Positions 50,611 to 62,125 of a DNA stretch of 64,000 nt are shown piece by piece (position 1 is the stretch's first letter; every line of letters begins with the position of its first letter). Made by a program: the position numbers and the translations under genes. Below the pieces are notes generated by a model. The model worked only from the letters and a program-made list of their open reading frames with translations. It was not told the DNA's origin and did no database searches. This DNA comes from an uncultured Bacilli bacterium (GTDB lineage: Bacteria > Bacillota_I > Bacilli_A > ML615J-28 > CAG-313): contig CANQDG010000001.1 of NCBI GenBank assembly GCA_947591495.1, forward strand, positions 21,485-85,484, written 5' to 3'.

Positions 50611-51927
50611 ATGCAAAGAGAAATATATGAGAAACTGGTAGAATGGAAGAATCGATCTAATAAAAAGCCATTAATAGTTTTTGGTGCCAGACAAGTTGGT
50701 AAAACATATTTAATAGAAAAGTTTGGTAAGGAAAATTATGAATATTTGTTTTATATTAATTTTGAATTTGACATTAAGGCCAAAAGATTATTTGAAAATA
50801 ATCTAGATATTAAAACTATCCTCTTTCAACTATCTGCTTATAATTCTAGCATTCCTATTATTGAGGGTAAAACATTAATTTTTTTAGATGAAGTACAAAA
50901 ATGTCCACAAGTTTTAACAGCTTTAAAGGCTTTTGCCATAGATAATAGATTTGATGTTATAGTAAGTGGATCAATGCTTGGCATTATTATGCATGAAGTA
51001 TCTTCCTTTCCTGTTGGATATGTTGAAAGATTACATATGCTACCAATGTCATTTAAAGAATTTTTATGGGCTAATAATTATTCTGATGAAATGATATTAG
51101 AATTAAAAAAGTATTATGATGAAAAAAAACCACTACCGGAATTTTTACATGAAAAATTAAATGAATTATTTTTACATTATATTGTTGTAGGTGGTATGCC
51201 TGAAGTGGTAAAAACTTATATTGAAACTTCTAATATGTATAATGTAATAGAGGTACAAAAACGAATACTAGAAGACTATAAAGATGATGTTGCTAAATAT
51301 TCTACTAAAACGATGAAAGAAAAGGTTAGAGAATGTTTTGAATCAATTCCTGAACAACTAGCCAAAGATAATAAAAAGTTTCAATATAAAGTAGTTAAAT
51401 ATGGAACTACCTCAAGATATTATAGTAACTCATTAAATTGGATATTAGATTCTGGCCTAGGTATTAAAGTAAATCGCCTTAAAACTTTTGATATCCCACT
51501 TAGAGCGTATAGAGATTATAATGCTTTTAAATTTTATTTAAGTGATACAGGGTTGTTACTAGCTTTTTATAAAGAAAATTTAAGTAATGAAATTATTAAT
51601 GGTAATCTTGGAATATTTAAAGGTGCTATATTTGAAAATATTATTGCGCAATCATTAATATATAATGATTTAGATATTTATTATTATCAAAAAGCTGATA
51701 ATCTAGAAATAGATTTTGTTACATATTTTGATAATAAAATAGTTCCCATCGAAGTAAAATCAGGGAAAAATGTTAAAGCTACCAGTATAAAAAATATTAT
51801 AGAAAAAGAAAAACTAGATTATGGAATTATTTTATCAACTAATAATTTAAATTATGAAAATCCAAAAATAAAAATGTTACCATTATATATGATAATCTTT
51901 TTAAAAACAACAAATGGAATACAGTAG
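50611..51927 (+). CDS. AAA+ ATPase with C-terminal DUF4143 (COG1373 family)
   Basis: Walker A VFGARQVGKTYL and Walker B LIFLDEVQ. A C-terminal restriction-endonuclease-like DUF4143 region. Confidence 0.75.
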   Translation: MQREIYEKLVEWKNRSNKKPLIVFGARQVGKTYLIEKFGKENYEYLFYINFEFDIKAKRLFENNLDIKTILFQLSAYNSSIPIIEGKTLIFLDEVQKCPQVLTALKAFAIDNRFDVIVSGSMLGIIMHEVSSFPVGYVERLHMLPMSFKEFLWANNYSDEMILELKKYYDEKKPLPEFLHEKLNELFLHYIVVGGMPEVVKTYIETSNMYNVIEVQKRILEDYKDDVAKYSTKTMKEKVRECFESIPEQLAKDNKKFQYKVVKYGTTSRYYSNSLNWILDSGLGIKVNRLKTFDIPLRAYRDYNAFKFYLSDTGLLLAFYKENLSNEIINGNLGIFKGAIFENIIAQSLIYNDLDIYYYQKADNLEIDFVTYFDNKIVPIEVKSGKNVKATSIKNIIEKEKLDYGIILSTNNLNYENPKIKMLPLYMIIFLKTTNGIQ

Positions 51928-52020
51928 CATTAATCTTATTTATATACTTTTGCATATTAAAATGATTGTAAAGTTGTTGTTTTGTGCTATTGTTTAGCCA
52001 TTATTAATTTCTATTGAATA

Positions 52021-52320
52021 TTGTTTTTAGGAATTCTAAATATAATTATAAATTTTAATACTAAAAAGAAAGGTAATAATATGAAATTAGATTTAGGTAC
52101 AATTATAGTAATAATATTTTTTCTAATTTATTTATTGCCAATAATATTTTTTTCTCTATCAAAACGAAACGAAATTTTTGAATTAAAGCATAAAAAATGT
52201 TTTGAATCAGAAGAAATTTGGCATAAAATTCATGTTAGAGCGACAGTTATGACAATTCCATTTGCCATCTTAGATTTATTATTAATCTTTATAAATAATG
52301 CCATTCTAAAATCGTTTTGA
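52021..52320 (+). CDS. small membrane protein (hypothetical; possibly frameshifted with the downstream short ORF)
   Basis: 99 aa with two TM helices. A further ~37-codon open frame follows the stop in a different frame. Confidence 0.3.
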   Translation: MFLGILNIIINFNTKKKGNNMKLDLGTIIVIIFFLIYLLPIIFFSLSKRNEIFELKHKKCFESEEIWHKIHVRATVMTIPFAILDLLLIFINNAILKSF

Positions 52321-52477
52321 CATTAATAATTTTAACACTTGTAATTATCGGCTGGAATATGATTGTAAAATATACTGATAGAGCTTATTTTAAGAAAAAA
52401 GAATTAAATGAACAAATTAAAAAAGAATCCGGTTGGAAATAATTTTGTTAACATTTATTCTAAATAAAAAACAAATA

Positions 52478-52552
52478 TAAAGGTAAGTAATTGAGTTTAA
52501 AAAATAATGATTTATTTTAAATGAATCATTATTATCTTAATAACTTACCTTT
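52478..52552. repeat. large imperfect palindrome
   Basis: AAAGGTAAGTAATT...AATAATGATTTATTT / AAATGAATCATTATT...AATAACTTACCTTT followed by TTTT. Confidence 0.45.
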
Positions 52553-52727
52553 TTTAGTAAAAATAGATTCACATAAAAAAGATATACATAGGTTTTATTA
52601 TCTAATAAAATGAATAAAAATAGTATTTTATTAAGTCAGAAAAAGTTATTAAAAACTTGCATGTTTTCTTAAAAGATATTATAATGGTAATAGATAAAAT
52701 ACAAAAATTAAGATAGTAGGTAATCAA

Positions 52728-53435
52728 ATGAATTTTAAAGAATTAATTTTATATTTTTTTATATATGCTTTTCTAGGATGGTGCACGGAAGTTAGTTTTG
52801 CCACATTGAAAACGGGAAAGTTTGTTAATCGAGGTTTTTTAAATGGACCCATTTGTTCTATTTATGGTTTCGGAATGATTTTGGTTTTATTATTACTAAA
52901 TCCTTTAAGAAATAAGCTTTTCTTGTTATTTATATTCTCTATATTTGTTGCAACATTTTTAGAATTTGTGACAGGTTTTGTTTTAGAAAAATTTTTTCAT
53001 CGTAAATGGTGGGATTATTCTAATGAACCATTTAACATTAAAGGTTATATATGTTTACGTTTTTCGATTATTTGGGGGTTATGCTGCGTATTTGTGATTT
53101 CAATTATTCATCCATTAATTGAAAAATTAGTTCACTTTTTGCCTAATGTGGTATCAATTATTTTAATTGTAATTTTTATTGTATATTATATTATTGACAA
53201 TATCGTTACGATTTTACAAATTATTAAGTATAGTAAATTTACTAAAGAATTAACCGAAATTAAAAAAATCTTACGGCTTTCATCGGATAAAATTGGTGAA
53301 AAAGTTTCTGATACAACCCTTGCTTTAATAAAAAAATCAGAAGTTTTGTTAAATAAAATTAAAAAATCACGGCTAGTTAAAGCCTTTCCAAGATTAAATC
53401 ATGATAATAATGATAATAATGATAAAAATAAATAA
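52728..53435 (+). CDS. membrane protein, putative ABC-transporter type IV / DUF1113 family
   Basis: N-terminus FFIYAFLGWCTEVSF typical of this family. 5-6 TM helices and a C-terminal Asn/Asp-rich tail. Confidence 0.5.
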   Translation: MNFKELILYFFIYAFLGWCTEVSFATLKTGKFVNRGFLNGPICSIYGFGMILVLLLLNPLRNKLFLLFIFSIFVATFLEFVTGFVLEKFFHRKWWDYSNEPFNIKGYICLRFSIIWGLCCVFVISIIHPLIEKLVHFLPNVVSIILIVIFIVYYIIDNIVTILQIIKYSKFTKELTEIKKILRLSSDKIGEKVSDTTLALIKKSEVLLNKIKKSRLVKAFPRLNHDNNDNNDKNK

Positions 53436-53463
53436 TTAAAAAATTAAATCCAAGGAGGAACAA

Positions 53464-54081
53464 ATGAAGGTATTATTAATTAATGGCAGTCCTAAAAGTG
53501 ATGGCTGTATTGCTAGAGCTTTAAAAGAAATGGAAACTATTTTTAAAGAAGAACAAATTGAAACTGTTATGGTTCAAGTAGGTAATCATGATATTCGAGG
53601 CTGCATAGCTTGTGGATTTTGTTATAAAGAAAAAAGATGTGTTTTTGATGATTTAGTTAATGAGGTTGCTAAAGAATTTGCGCAATGTGATGGATTAGTT
53701 ATTGGATCACCTGTCTATTATGCTTCCGCCAATGGCACATTAATTTCATTTTTAGATCGACTTTTTTATAGTACAAGTTTTGATAAAACAATGAAAGTTG
53801 GTGCAGCTGTTGTTTCTGCAAGACGTGGTGGTAATACGGCGACTTTTGATGAATTAAATAAATATTTTACGATATCAGGTATGCCAATAGCTTCTAGTCA
53901 ATATTGGAATATGGTTCATGGCTTTTCCGCAAGCGATGTTGAAAAAGATGAGGAAGGTTTACAAACGATGCGAACACTAGCACGTAATATGGCCTTTTTA
54001 ATTAAATCAATTAATCTTGGTAAAAAAGAATTAGGAATGCCGCCGAAAGAAAAACGACTTTCAACCCATTTTATTCGTTAA
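53464..54081 (+). CDS. iron-sulfur flavoprotein-like NADPH-dependent FMN reductase
   Basis: Flavodoxin-like N-terminus VLLINGSPKSDG. Compact cysteine motif C-x2-C-x2-C-x5-C (CIACGFCYKEKRC). RBS AAGGAGG. Confidence 0.6.
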   Translation: MKVLLINGSPKSDGCIARALKEMETIFKEEQIETVMVQVGNHDIRGCIACGFCYKEKRCVFDDLVNEVAKEFAQCDGLVIGSPVYYASANGTLISFLDRLFYSTSFDKTMKVGAAVVSARRGGNTATFDELNKYFTISGMPIASSQYWNMVHGFSASDVEKDEEGLQTMRTLARNMAFLIKSINLGKKELGMPPKEKRLSTHFIR

Positions 54082-54099
54082 ATTACGTTTTCTACTTTC

Positions 54100-54128
54100 T
54101 TGCTAATATTCCTAATTCGTGTTATAAT
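54100..54128 (+). promoter_or_regulatory. sigma-A promoter upstream of tgt
   Basis: TTGCTA, a 17-bp spacer, then the extended -10 TGtTATAAT. Confidence 0.6.
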
Positions 54129-54146
54129 TTACAAGTAGATAAATAA

Positions 54147-55292
<1,146 letters not shown>

Positions 55293-55293
55293 T

Positions 55294-56190
55294 ATGAAAA
55301 AAATATGGGCAATTATAACTATTTTTATTTTAAGTTTCTTTTTGAATAGCTGTGGTTTATTAAAAAATAAATATGTTGAAAAACCCAATGGGGTTGATAT
55401 AACGATTTTAGAAGAATATAAAGAGCATATGTTAGTTCTTAATACCATTCCCGTTATTCATTTTGATTATCCTAATGTGCGCATTTCCACCGATTCAACT
55501 AATGCTTTAGTAACTTTTGTTCAAAATGATCCATATCAATTTAGTGATGCTTTTGCTTCTCATTTAGCTACTTATCGTGATGATCAAATTATTGAAACAA
55601 GAGTTGTTGAAAGAGAAGAAAAAAAGGGAGCTAAATTTGGTAATGATTACTTACCAATTGATAATGGTAATAAATCTTTAGAAAAGATTATTATTGCTAC
55701 TTTAGATGATGGAACGAGAGTATCTTATTCATTTCGAACCTTTACTAGTAATGGCAAAGTATATTATGCTTATACATATATTGAAAATATTAAAATAGGC
55801 TTAGAAATGCCCCTAATGTGTGTACAAGATGATAATACAAGAAAATTAGTATTATTACCACTTCCATATGATACTAAATATATTGTTGGTTCTAATACTG
55901 ATTTGGATAAGCTTTTAAAAAAAGATGAGTATTTGAGTGGTACTAGTGAAGATTATTATACCTTTAGTTATCCATTATATTTAAGAGAAAAAAGTATGGA
56001 TAAAGAAGTATTAATTAATGAACTTATGAATTGGTATCAAACTCATTGTCATTTAGAAGAAGTGGATGGTAATTATTTTATTGAATATTTAGGGGTTAAA
56101 TTTCAAATTTATTTTAATTTAGAAAAAATGAATAATGATACAGAAATGTTAGAACCCGCTTTTAAACTTCAATATGTTGCAAAAAATTGA
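55294..56190 (+). CDS. lipoprotein (hypothetical)
   Basis: Signal peptide with lipobox FLNSCG. The ATG lies 2 nt after the tgt stop. Confidence 0.5.
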   Translation: MKKIWAIITIFILSFFLNSCGLLKNKYVEKPNGVDITILEEYKEHMLVLNTIPVIHFDYPNVRISTDSTNALVTFVQNDPYQFSDAFASHLATYRDDQIIETRVVEREEKKGAKFGNDYLPIDNGNKSLEKIIIATLDDGTRVSYSFRTFTSNGKVYYAYTYIENIKIGLEMPLMCVQDDNTRKLVLLPLPYDTKYIVGSNTDLDKLLKKDEYLSGTSEDYYTFSYPLYLREKSMDKEVLINELMNWYQTHCHLEEVDGNYFIEYLGVKFQIYFNLEKMNNDTEMLEPAFKLQYVAKN

Positions 56191-56235
56191 CAAAGATAAT
56201 AATTTATGCTATACTTATGAGGTATTGCTAAAATG

Positions 56236-56300
56236 CGAAAAAGGTCATAATTTTGATGATTTCGGAGGATTTCAATGAATTATGACCTTTTCGTTTTTTT
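56236..56300 (+). terminator. intrinsic terminator with long stem
   Basis: 17-bp stem CGAAAAAGGTCATAATT / AATTATGACCTTTTCG with a 25-nt loop, then T7. Confidence 0.7.
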
Positions 56301-56350
56301 ATAAATAGATAAATTTCATATCTTGAGTGCTTTTAACATATAATTAATGG

Positions 56351-57460
56351 GTGAGGCATATGGTAAAAAAGCACATCAATAAGAAATTATTTATTACGAT
56401 TATTGCTTTAGTTCTTTTTGGTTTATTAATGGTTTACAGTGCAAGTAATGTTGTAGCACTCTATAAATATAATGATAAAGCTTATTTTTTAAAGCGCCAA
56501 CTTATATTTGCGATTATTGGAATAGCCATTATGATTGTTATTATCAATATTGATTTAAGAAAGATCTATAAAGCAACAACTTTTATTTATGTAATAGCCT
56601 TAATAATGCTTATTTTGGTTTTAATTCCTGGAATTGGTATTATTAGAGGGGGGGCACGAAGTTGGATTGGCATTGGTTCTTTTTCTATTCAACCATCGGA
56701 ATTTATGAAACTGGCAATTATTTTATTAATTGCTAAATATTTAAGTAATAATTATAAAGACTTAAAAAAACCTCTCGAATTTATCAAAGTTTTAGCCTTA
56801 ATCGTTATTGCATTTGGTTTAATTATGTTACAACCTGACTTTGGGACAGGCTTAGTTTTAGTTTTATCATCTATTTTATTATTATTTTGTGCCGGTGCGC
56901 CTTTAAAATATTTCTTAATTTTACTTGGTATGGGAGTTGTTGGAATAATAGTTCTAATTATTAGTGCTCCATACCGTTTAGCGCGAATTTTAGCCTTTCT
57001 AGATCCTTGGAGTGATCCATTAGGAAGTGGATTTCAAAGCATTCAGTCGCTTTTTGCCATTGCCCCAAGTGGTCTTTTCGGTCTTGGCTATAATAATAGT
57101 ATGCAAAAGCATTTCTTTTTACCTGAGCCACAAAATGATTTTATTTTTGCCATTGTTTGCGAAGAGTTTGGCTTAGTTGGAGGATTAGTTGTTATTGGTG
57201 TTTTCGCCTATATTGTAATTGAATCAATTAAGATAGCTTTACACGTTGATAATAAATATTTAAAATTTCTAGCACTTGGTATTGGCCTTTCATTATTTAC
57301 GCAAGTTTTTATTAATATTGGCGTTGTAATTGGCCTATTACCTGTAACCGGTATTACGCTTCCCATTTTATCATATGGAGGTTCAAGTTTAGTTTTAACT
57401 TTGATGTTCCTTGGTATTATTATTAATATTAGTCAATATACCGAAGAGGTGAAAAAATGA
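56351..57460 (+). CDS. ftsW: SEDS-family peptidoglycan glycosyltransferase FtsW/SpoVE
   Basis: 10-TM FtsW/RodA/SpoVE-family sequence (GARSWIGIGSFSIQPSEFMK...). Position before murG-murB matches the Bacillus dcw order spoVE-murG-murB. Confidence 0.8.
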   Translation: MRHMVKKHINKKLFITIIALVLFGLLMVYSASNVVALYKYNDKAYFLKRQLIFAIIGIAIMIVIINIDLRKIYKATTFIYVIALIMLILVLIPGIGIIRGGARSWIGIGSFSIQPSEFMKLAIILLIAKYLSNNYKDLKKPLEFIKVLALIVIAFGLIMLQPDFGTGLVLVLSSILLLFCAGAPLKYFLILLGMGVVGIIVLIISAPYRLARILAFLDPWSDPLGSGFQSIQSLFAIAPSGLFGLGYNNSMQKHFFLPEPQNDFIFAIVCEEFGLVGGLVVIGVFAYIVIESIKIALHVDNKYLKFLALGIGLSLFTQVFINIGVVIGLLPVTGITLPILSYGGSSLVLTLMFLGIIINISQYTEEVKK

Positions 57461-58518
57461 AAACCATCGCATTTAGTGCCGGGGGAACATTAGGTCATAT
57501 TATGCCGGCTCTTTCTTTTATTAATAAAATTAAAAAGGAACGCAAAGATATAAAAATTATTTTTCTTGCAACTATAAAAGATGAAAATTATGAAATTTTA
57601 AAAAATCATCAACAAATTGATCAAATTTATTATCTCAAAGTATATGGTAAGCCATCAAAAATTTTTAAATATCCCCAAGTCATTTACTATGATGTAAAAG
57701 CGCTTTTTAAAATTAAAACAATTCTTCAGGAAAATAAGGTCAAAATGGTCATTGGAATGGGAGGATACATTAGTGGATTAACTTTAAGTGTTGCTAATCA
57801 TTTAAAAATTCCAACCATTATTCATGAACAAAATAGCGTTTTAGGACTTGCTAATAAACTAAATGCTAAAAAAGCCCAAGTTATTATGACAACCTTTAAA
57901 AATACGGATGGTATAAAAGATCTAAATAAAGTTAAATGGATTGGTAATCCTCGTTATACTGATGCTTTAAAATATGCATATAATCCTTTTTTAGATTGTA
58001 AATCAATTCTAATTACATCGGGCACTTTAGGATCACAAAAATTAAACGAAGTAGCAGTTGATTTTATTAATAGTCCTTTTGCCAAAAATTATACAATTAC
58101 GCTTATTACTGGTCAAAAATATTATGAAAAAGTTCGTGCGCAAATTCCTGAAAGATATAATTTTATTATTAAACCTTTTACTAATAATCTTTTAGAAGAA
58201 ATTTCAAAAGTGGGAATTGTTGTCGCAAGAGCTGGTTCAACTACTCTTTTTGAAATTATTGGCTGTATGAGGCCTGCTATTATTGTTCCTTCTCCTAATG
58301 TTGTTAATAATCATCAAGTATCAAATGCCCAAAGTTTAGCAACTGATGAGGTTATTATCAACATTTTGGAGGAAAATTTCGATTATCAAACATTATATAA
58401 CGCATTAGAAGAAATTACTAAAAACTATCATAAGTATCAAAAAAACTTACAAAATTATCAATTAGAAGACCCTAATCAAAAATTTTTTAATTATTTTTTA
58501 GAATTATTAGGAGACTAA
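57457..58518 (+). CDS. murG: undecaprenyldiphospho-muramoylpentapeptide beta-N-acetylglucosaminyltransferase
   Basis: N-terminus FSAGGTLGHIMPAL with GT28 N- and C-terminal domains. Confidence 0.9.
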   Translation: MKTIAFSAGGTLGHIMPALSFINKIKKERKDIKIIFLATIKDENYEILKNHQQIDQIYYLKVYGKPSKIFKYPQVIYYDVKALFKIKTILQENKVKMVIGMGGYISGLTLSVANHLKIPTIIHEQNSVLGLANKLNAKKAQVIMTTFKNTDGIKDLNKVKWIGNPRYTDALKYAYNPFLDCKSILITSGTLGSQKLNEVAVDFINSPFAKNYTITLITGQKYYEKVRAQIPERYNFIIKPFTNNLLEEISKVGIVVARAGSTTLFEIIGCMRPAIIVPSPNVVNNHQVSNAQSLATDEVIINILEENFDYQTLYNALEEITKNYHKYQKNLQNYQLEDPNQKFFNYFLELLGD

Positions 58519-58523
58519 ATGTA

Positions 58524-59435
58524 ATGAAAGAAATAACTGATTTTATTAATTATGTAAATAATAATTATTTAGGTGAAATTAAAACAAATCTTTCTTTTAA
58601 AGATATAACAACCCTTAAAATAGGAGGTCAGATAGCTTGCTATTATTTACCTAAAACGTTAGATGACTTAGTTGTTAGTTATAAATTTTTAAAAAAGAAG
58701 CAAATCCCTTATTTAGTTATTGGAAATGGTTCTAACATTTTAGCAAGCGATAAATATTTTGAAATGGTTGTGATTAATTTAAAAAAACTCAAACAAATTA
58801 CCCAAATTGATCAAGGTAAGTTTTTAGTTGAAGCAGGAATTAATAATAATCGTTTAGCCTTATATTTGGCAAAACAAGGCTATACTAGGGGTGAGTTTTT
58901 AAGTGTAATTCCTGGAACTTTTGGTGGAGCTATTTATATGAATGCGGGGGCATATCAAACTGAAATTAAAGATATCCTTAAAGAAGTAACTTATATCACA
59001 AGTGATGGGCAACTAGTAACTAAAGTAGTTGATGAATTAGCTTTTTCTTATCGGCATAGTCACTTTCAAGATATCAAAGGCATCATTGTTAATGCCTTAA
59101 TTGAAGTAGAACTTGCTAAAATCAAAACTTTTCCGTTAGAAAAAATTTACACTTTACGAAAAACCAAAAAAAATACACAACCACTTAATTTATCATCGGC
59201 AGGTTCAACTTTTAAAAATCCTTTAAGCTATGAAGCATGGCAAATCATTGATAATTTAGGTTATCGGGGCTTTAAAATTCATGATGCCATGGTAAGTATG
59301 AAACATAGTAACTATTTAGTCAATATGGGGAATGCAACTTATGAAGATATGATGCGTTTGATTAATCTTATAAAAACTGATGCCAAAAATCAGTATAATA
59401 TTGAGTTAGAATGTGAATGGGAAATTTTAAATTAG
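58524..59435 (+). CDS. murB: UDP-N-acetylenolpyruvoylglucosamine reductase
   Basis: FAD-binding domain (YLVIGNGSNIL) and the C-terminal MurB domain (SAGSTFKNP). Confidence 0.9.
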   Translation: MKEITDFINYVNNNYLGEIKTNLSFKDITTLKIGGQIACYYLPKTLDDLVVSYKFLKKKQIPYLVIGNGSNILASDKYFEMVVINLKKLKQITQIDQGKFLVEAGINNNRLALYLAKQGYTRGEFLSVIPGTFGGAIYMNAGAYQTEIKDILKEVTYITSDGQLVTKVVDELAFSYRHSHFQDIKGIIVNALIEVELAKIKTFPLEKIYTLRKTKKNTQPLNLSSAGSTFKNPLSYEAWQIIDNLGYRGFKIHDAMVSMKHSNYLVNMGNATYEDMMRLINLIKTDAKNQYNIELECEWEILN

Positions 59436-59486
59436 CCCATTCTTTTTTTAACTTTTATCATACATTAATCTTGGGAGGTTAAAAAG

Positions 59487-59903
59487 ATGAATCAAAATTA
59501 TTTAAATTTAATTAAATTGTATAAAGATCAAAATTACAATAATGATTATATGCCTAATTATCATCCTTTTTATGATGCTATCGAAGGATATTCAAAAGGC
59601 AATATGGATAAAGGCTTATATAATCAAATGGGCAATTTGACGCCAAGAAAATTAGATAGTAATAACCCATTAAATTTACTTCGAGCTTATCAATTTGCCA
59701 TAATCGATTTACAACTATATTTAGATGTTAATCCTAGTGATTTAGAAACAAAAGCATTATTTGATAAATATTTAGAAAACTACAATGATCTTAAAAAAAG
59801 ATATGAATCAACAAATTATCCACTTACCCTAGATTCACCTGATAATGCAGGCAAAACTTGGAAGTGGCAAAAAAATTGGCCATTTAAAGGGGGAAATAAT
59901 TGA
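59487..59903 (+). CDS. cotJB: spore coat protein CotJB-like (possibly CotJA-CotJB fusion)
   Basis: The C-terminal half (LLRAYQFAIIDLQLYLDVNPSDLETKALFDKY...YESTNYPLT...WKWQKNWP) matches the CotJB signature. The extra ~50 N-terminal residues contain a Y.PF-type motif. Confidence 0.55.
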   Translation: MNQNYLNLIKLYKDQNYNNDYMPNYHPFYDAIEGYSKGNMDKGLYNQMGNLTPRKLDSNNPLNLLRAYQFAIIDLQLYLDVNPSDLETKALFDKYLENYNDLKKRYESTNYPLTLDSPDNAGKTWKWQKNWPFKGGNN

Positions 59904-60460
59904 TGTTCTTATATGAAAAAATTTTAGAATATCCGGTTAATATTACAAGAAAAGATTTAAAAATGGCAAAATTAATTGCAAGCCAATATGGTGGTCCGCA
60001 AGGCGAATTAGCTGCTGCCACAAGATATTTAAATCAAAAAGTCACGATGCCAGATGATTTTGGGAAATCATTGTTAAATGATATTGGCACCGAAGAATTA
60101 GCCCATATTGAAATTTTACAAACAATGATGGCACAGTTAATGAAAGGGGCAACAATCGAAGAAATTAAAGCGGCGGGTCTTGATGCGTATTATACTGAAC
60201 ATGGCAAAGATTTATTTCCGGAAAATGCCTCAGGTGTTCCATTTACAACTGCTTATATTTCCGCAACCGGTGATGTAATTGCCGATATTGTAGAAGATAT
60301 GGCGGCCGAACAAAAAGCAAGAGCCGTATATGAAAATTTAATCGAACTTGCCACCGATATGGAAGTTATTCAGCCATTATTATTCTTAAGACAACGCGAA
60401 GTTGTTCATTATCAACGATTCAAAGAATTACTAGAACATTATCAACAAATGGGTTATTAG
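59900..60460 (+). CDS. cotJC: spore coat protein CotJC (manganese-catalase-like)
   Basis: Ferritin-like CotJC family with the N-terminus YPVNITRKDLKMAKLIASQYGGPQGELAAATRYLNQ. Overlaps the cotJB stop. Confidence 0.75.
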   Translation: MMFLYEKILEYPVNITRKDLKMAKLIASQYGGPQGELAAATRYLNQKVTMPDDFGKSLLNDIGTEELAHIEILQTMMAQLMKGATIEEIKAAGLDAYYTEHGKDLFPENASGVPFTTAYISATGDVIADIVEDMAAEQKARAVYENLIELATDMEVIQPLLFLRQREVVHYQRFKELLEHYQQMGY

Positions 60461-60657
60461 AAAATCAAGCAAAGATGAAAAATAGATATTTTAAATCTTT
60501 GCTTTTGGTTATAGGAATTCTAAAAGGAAAGATAAAAAAATATTATCAAAAAGTTTTGCAAAATAAGATAAAAAGAGTATAATTAAAACGACTATTTTTT
60601 TAGAGGAAAAAAATAGTTAAGCTAAATAAAAATAAACAAGTAGAGGAAAGAAAAATT

Positions 60658-61932
60658 ATGGCAAAAAAAGAAGTTTTAGAAAACAAAGTTTTAGGAAACA
60701 ATGAAGAATTAACTTTAGAACAAAAGTATGCGCTAGCAAAAGAATGTTTTGCAAAAGAAGACTATGAAGGGGCAGTTACATACTTTGAACAACTTGCAAA
60801 AGTTCACAATGCTGATGCAGAATTTGAACTTGCAGGACTTTATGCAGCCGGAATTGGCGTTGCTAAAGATGAAAAGAAAGCGGCATATTATTATGAACTT
60901 GCCGCGATGCTTGAACATGCTGAAGCTCAAAATGCAATTGCTGATTGCTTCTATTATGGTCAAGGCGTACCAAGAAACTATAACAAAGCAGTATATTGGT
61001 ATCGTCAAGCTGCTAATAAAGGAAATTTATATGCAACGGAATCGCTTGCTAACTGTTACTATCGCGGTGAAGGGGTAGTACAAAATTATGAATTAGCAAT
61101 TAAATATTTCCAAATAGCAACCGAAGGTGATTCACCTTGTGTTTGGGCTTTATATAATTTAGGCGAATGCTATTTCTATGGTAAAGGCACCCAAAAAGAT
61201 GAAGCTAAAGCTGTAGAATATTATACACTTGCAGCAGAAAAAGGTAATATGCTTGCCGCATCTACCCTTGGTGATTGTTATGCATATGGTAATGGTGTAA
61301 AAAAAGATTTTAGTGAAGCTGTTAAATGGTATACTAAAGCGGCTGATGCTGGCAATGAATGGGCTCAAAACAAATTAGCTAATTGTTATTATTATGGTGA
61401 TGGCGTTGAACCAGATGAAACCAAAGCATTAGAATATTTTACTTTATCGGCTGAGGCTGGTAATAAAAATTCAATGAGTCGTATGGGTGACTGTTATTAT
61501 TATGGTCGTGGTACTGAACAAAACTATGAAAAAGCTTTTGAATGGTATCAAAAAGCGGCTCTTGCAGGACATAACATTTCTAAATACAATCTTGGTAACT
61601 GCTACTTTAATGGTAATGGCGTTGAACAAAATTATGAAGAAGCATTAAAATGGTATCAAGAAGCTGCTGAACAAAATATTGAAGGTGCCATGAATCGTCT
61701 TGGTGACTGCTATCAATATGGTTATGGTGTAGAAATCGATTATAGTAAATCTTTAGAATGGTATCAAAAAGCTGCAGATAAAGGTAACGCTTGGGCTCAA
61801 GATATGATCGGTAGCTTTTATGAATACGGAAAAGGTGTAGAAAAAGATTTAGATAAAGCCATTGAATGCTATCAAAAAGCTGCCGATAAAGGCAATAAAC
61901 ATGCTAAAGGTCGTCTTTCTCGACTTGTTTAA
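60658..61932 (+). CDS. Sel1-repeat (TPR-like) protein
   Basis: About ten tandem Sel1 repeats (A..W...AA..G...A...LG.CY..G.GV..D...A..WY.KAA). Confidence 0.75.
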   Translation: MAKKEVLENKVLGNNEELTLEQKYALAKECFAKEDYEGAVTYFEQLAKVHNADAEFELAGLYAAGIGVAKDEKKAAYYYELAAMLEHAEAQNAIADCFYYGQGVPRNYNKAVYWYRQAANKGNLYATESLANCYYRGEGVVQNYELAIKYFQIATEGDSPCVWALYNLGECYFYGKGTQKDEAKAVEYYTLAAEKGNMLAASTLGDCYAYGNGVKKDFSEAVKWYTKAADAGNEWAQNKLANCYYYGDGVEPDETKALEYFTLSAEAGNKNSMSRMGDCYYYGRGTEQNYEKAFEWYQKAALAGHNISKYNLGNCYFNGNGVEQNYEEALKWYQEAAEQNIEGAMNRLGDCYQYGYGVEIDYSKSLEWYQKAADKGNAWAQDMIGSFYEYGKGVEKDLDKAIECYQKAADKGNKHAKGRLSRLV

Positions 61933-62125
61933 TATATATATCAGATTTTCTTATAGTAGAAAATGATCGTTTAAACTTATCAAAAAAATTAAAAACAAAG
62001 TATTAACCAGTGGGATAAACTACTGGTTTTTGCATTCTAAAAAAACAAGATATAAATTATTTGAAAAAAAAAACATCTTGTGTTATAATAACAAAAAAAT
62101 AGTGGTGTTAATTTGGAGGCAATTT

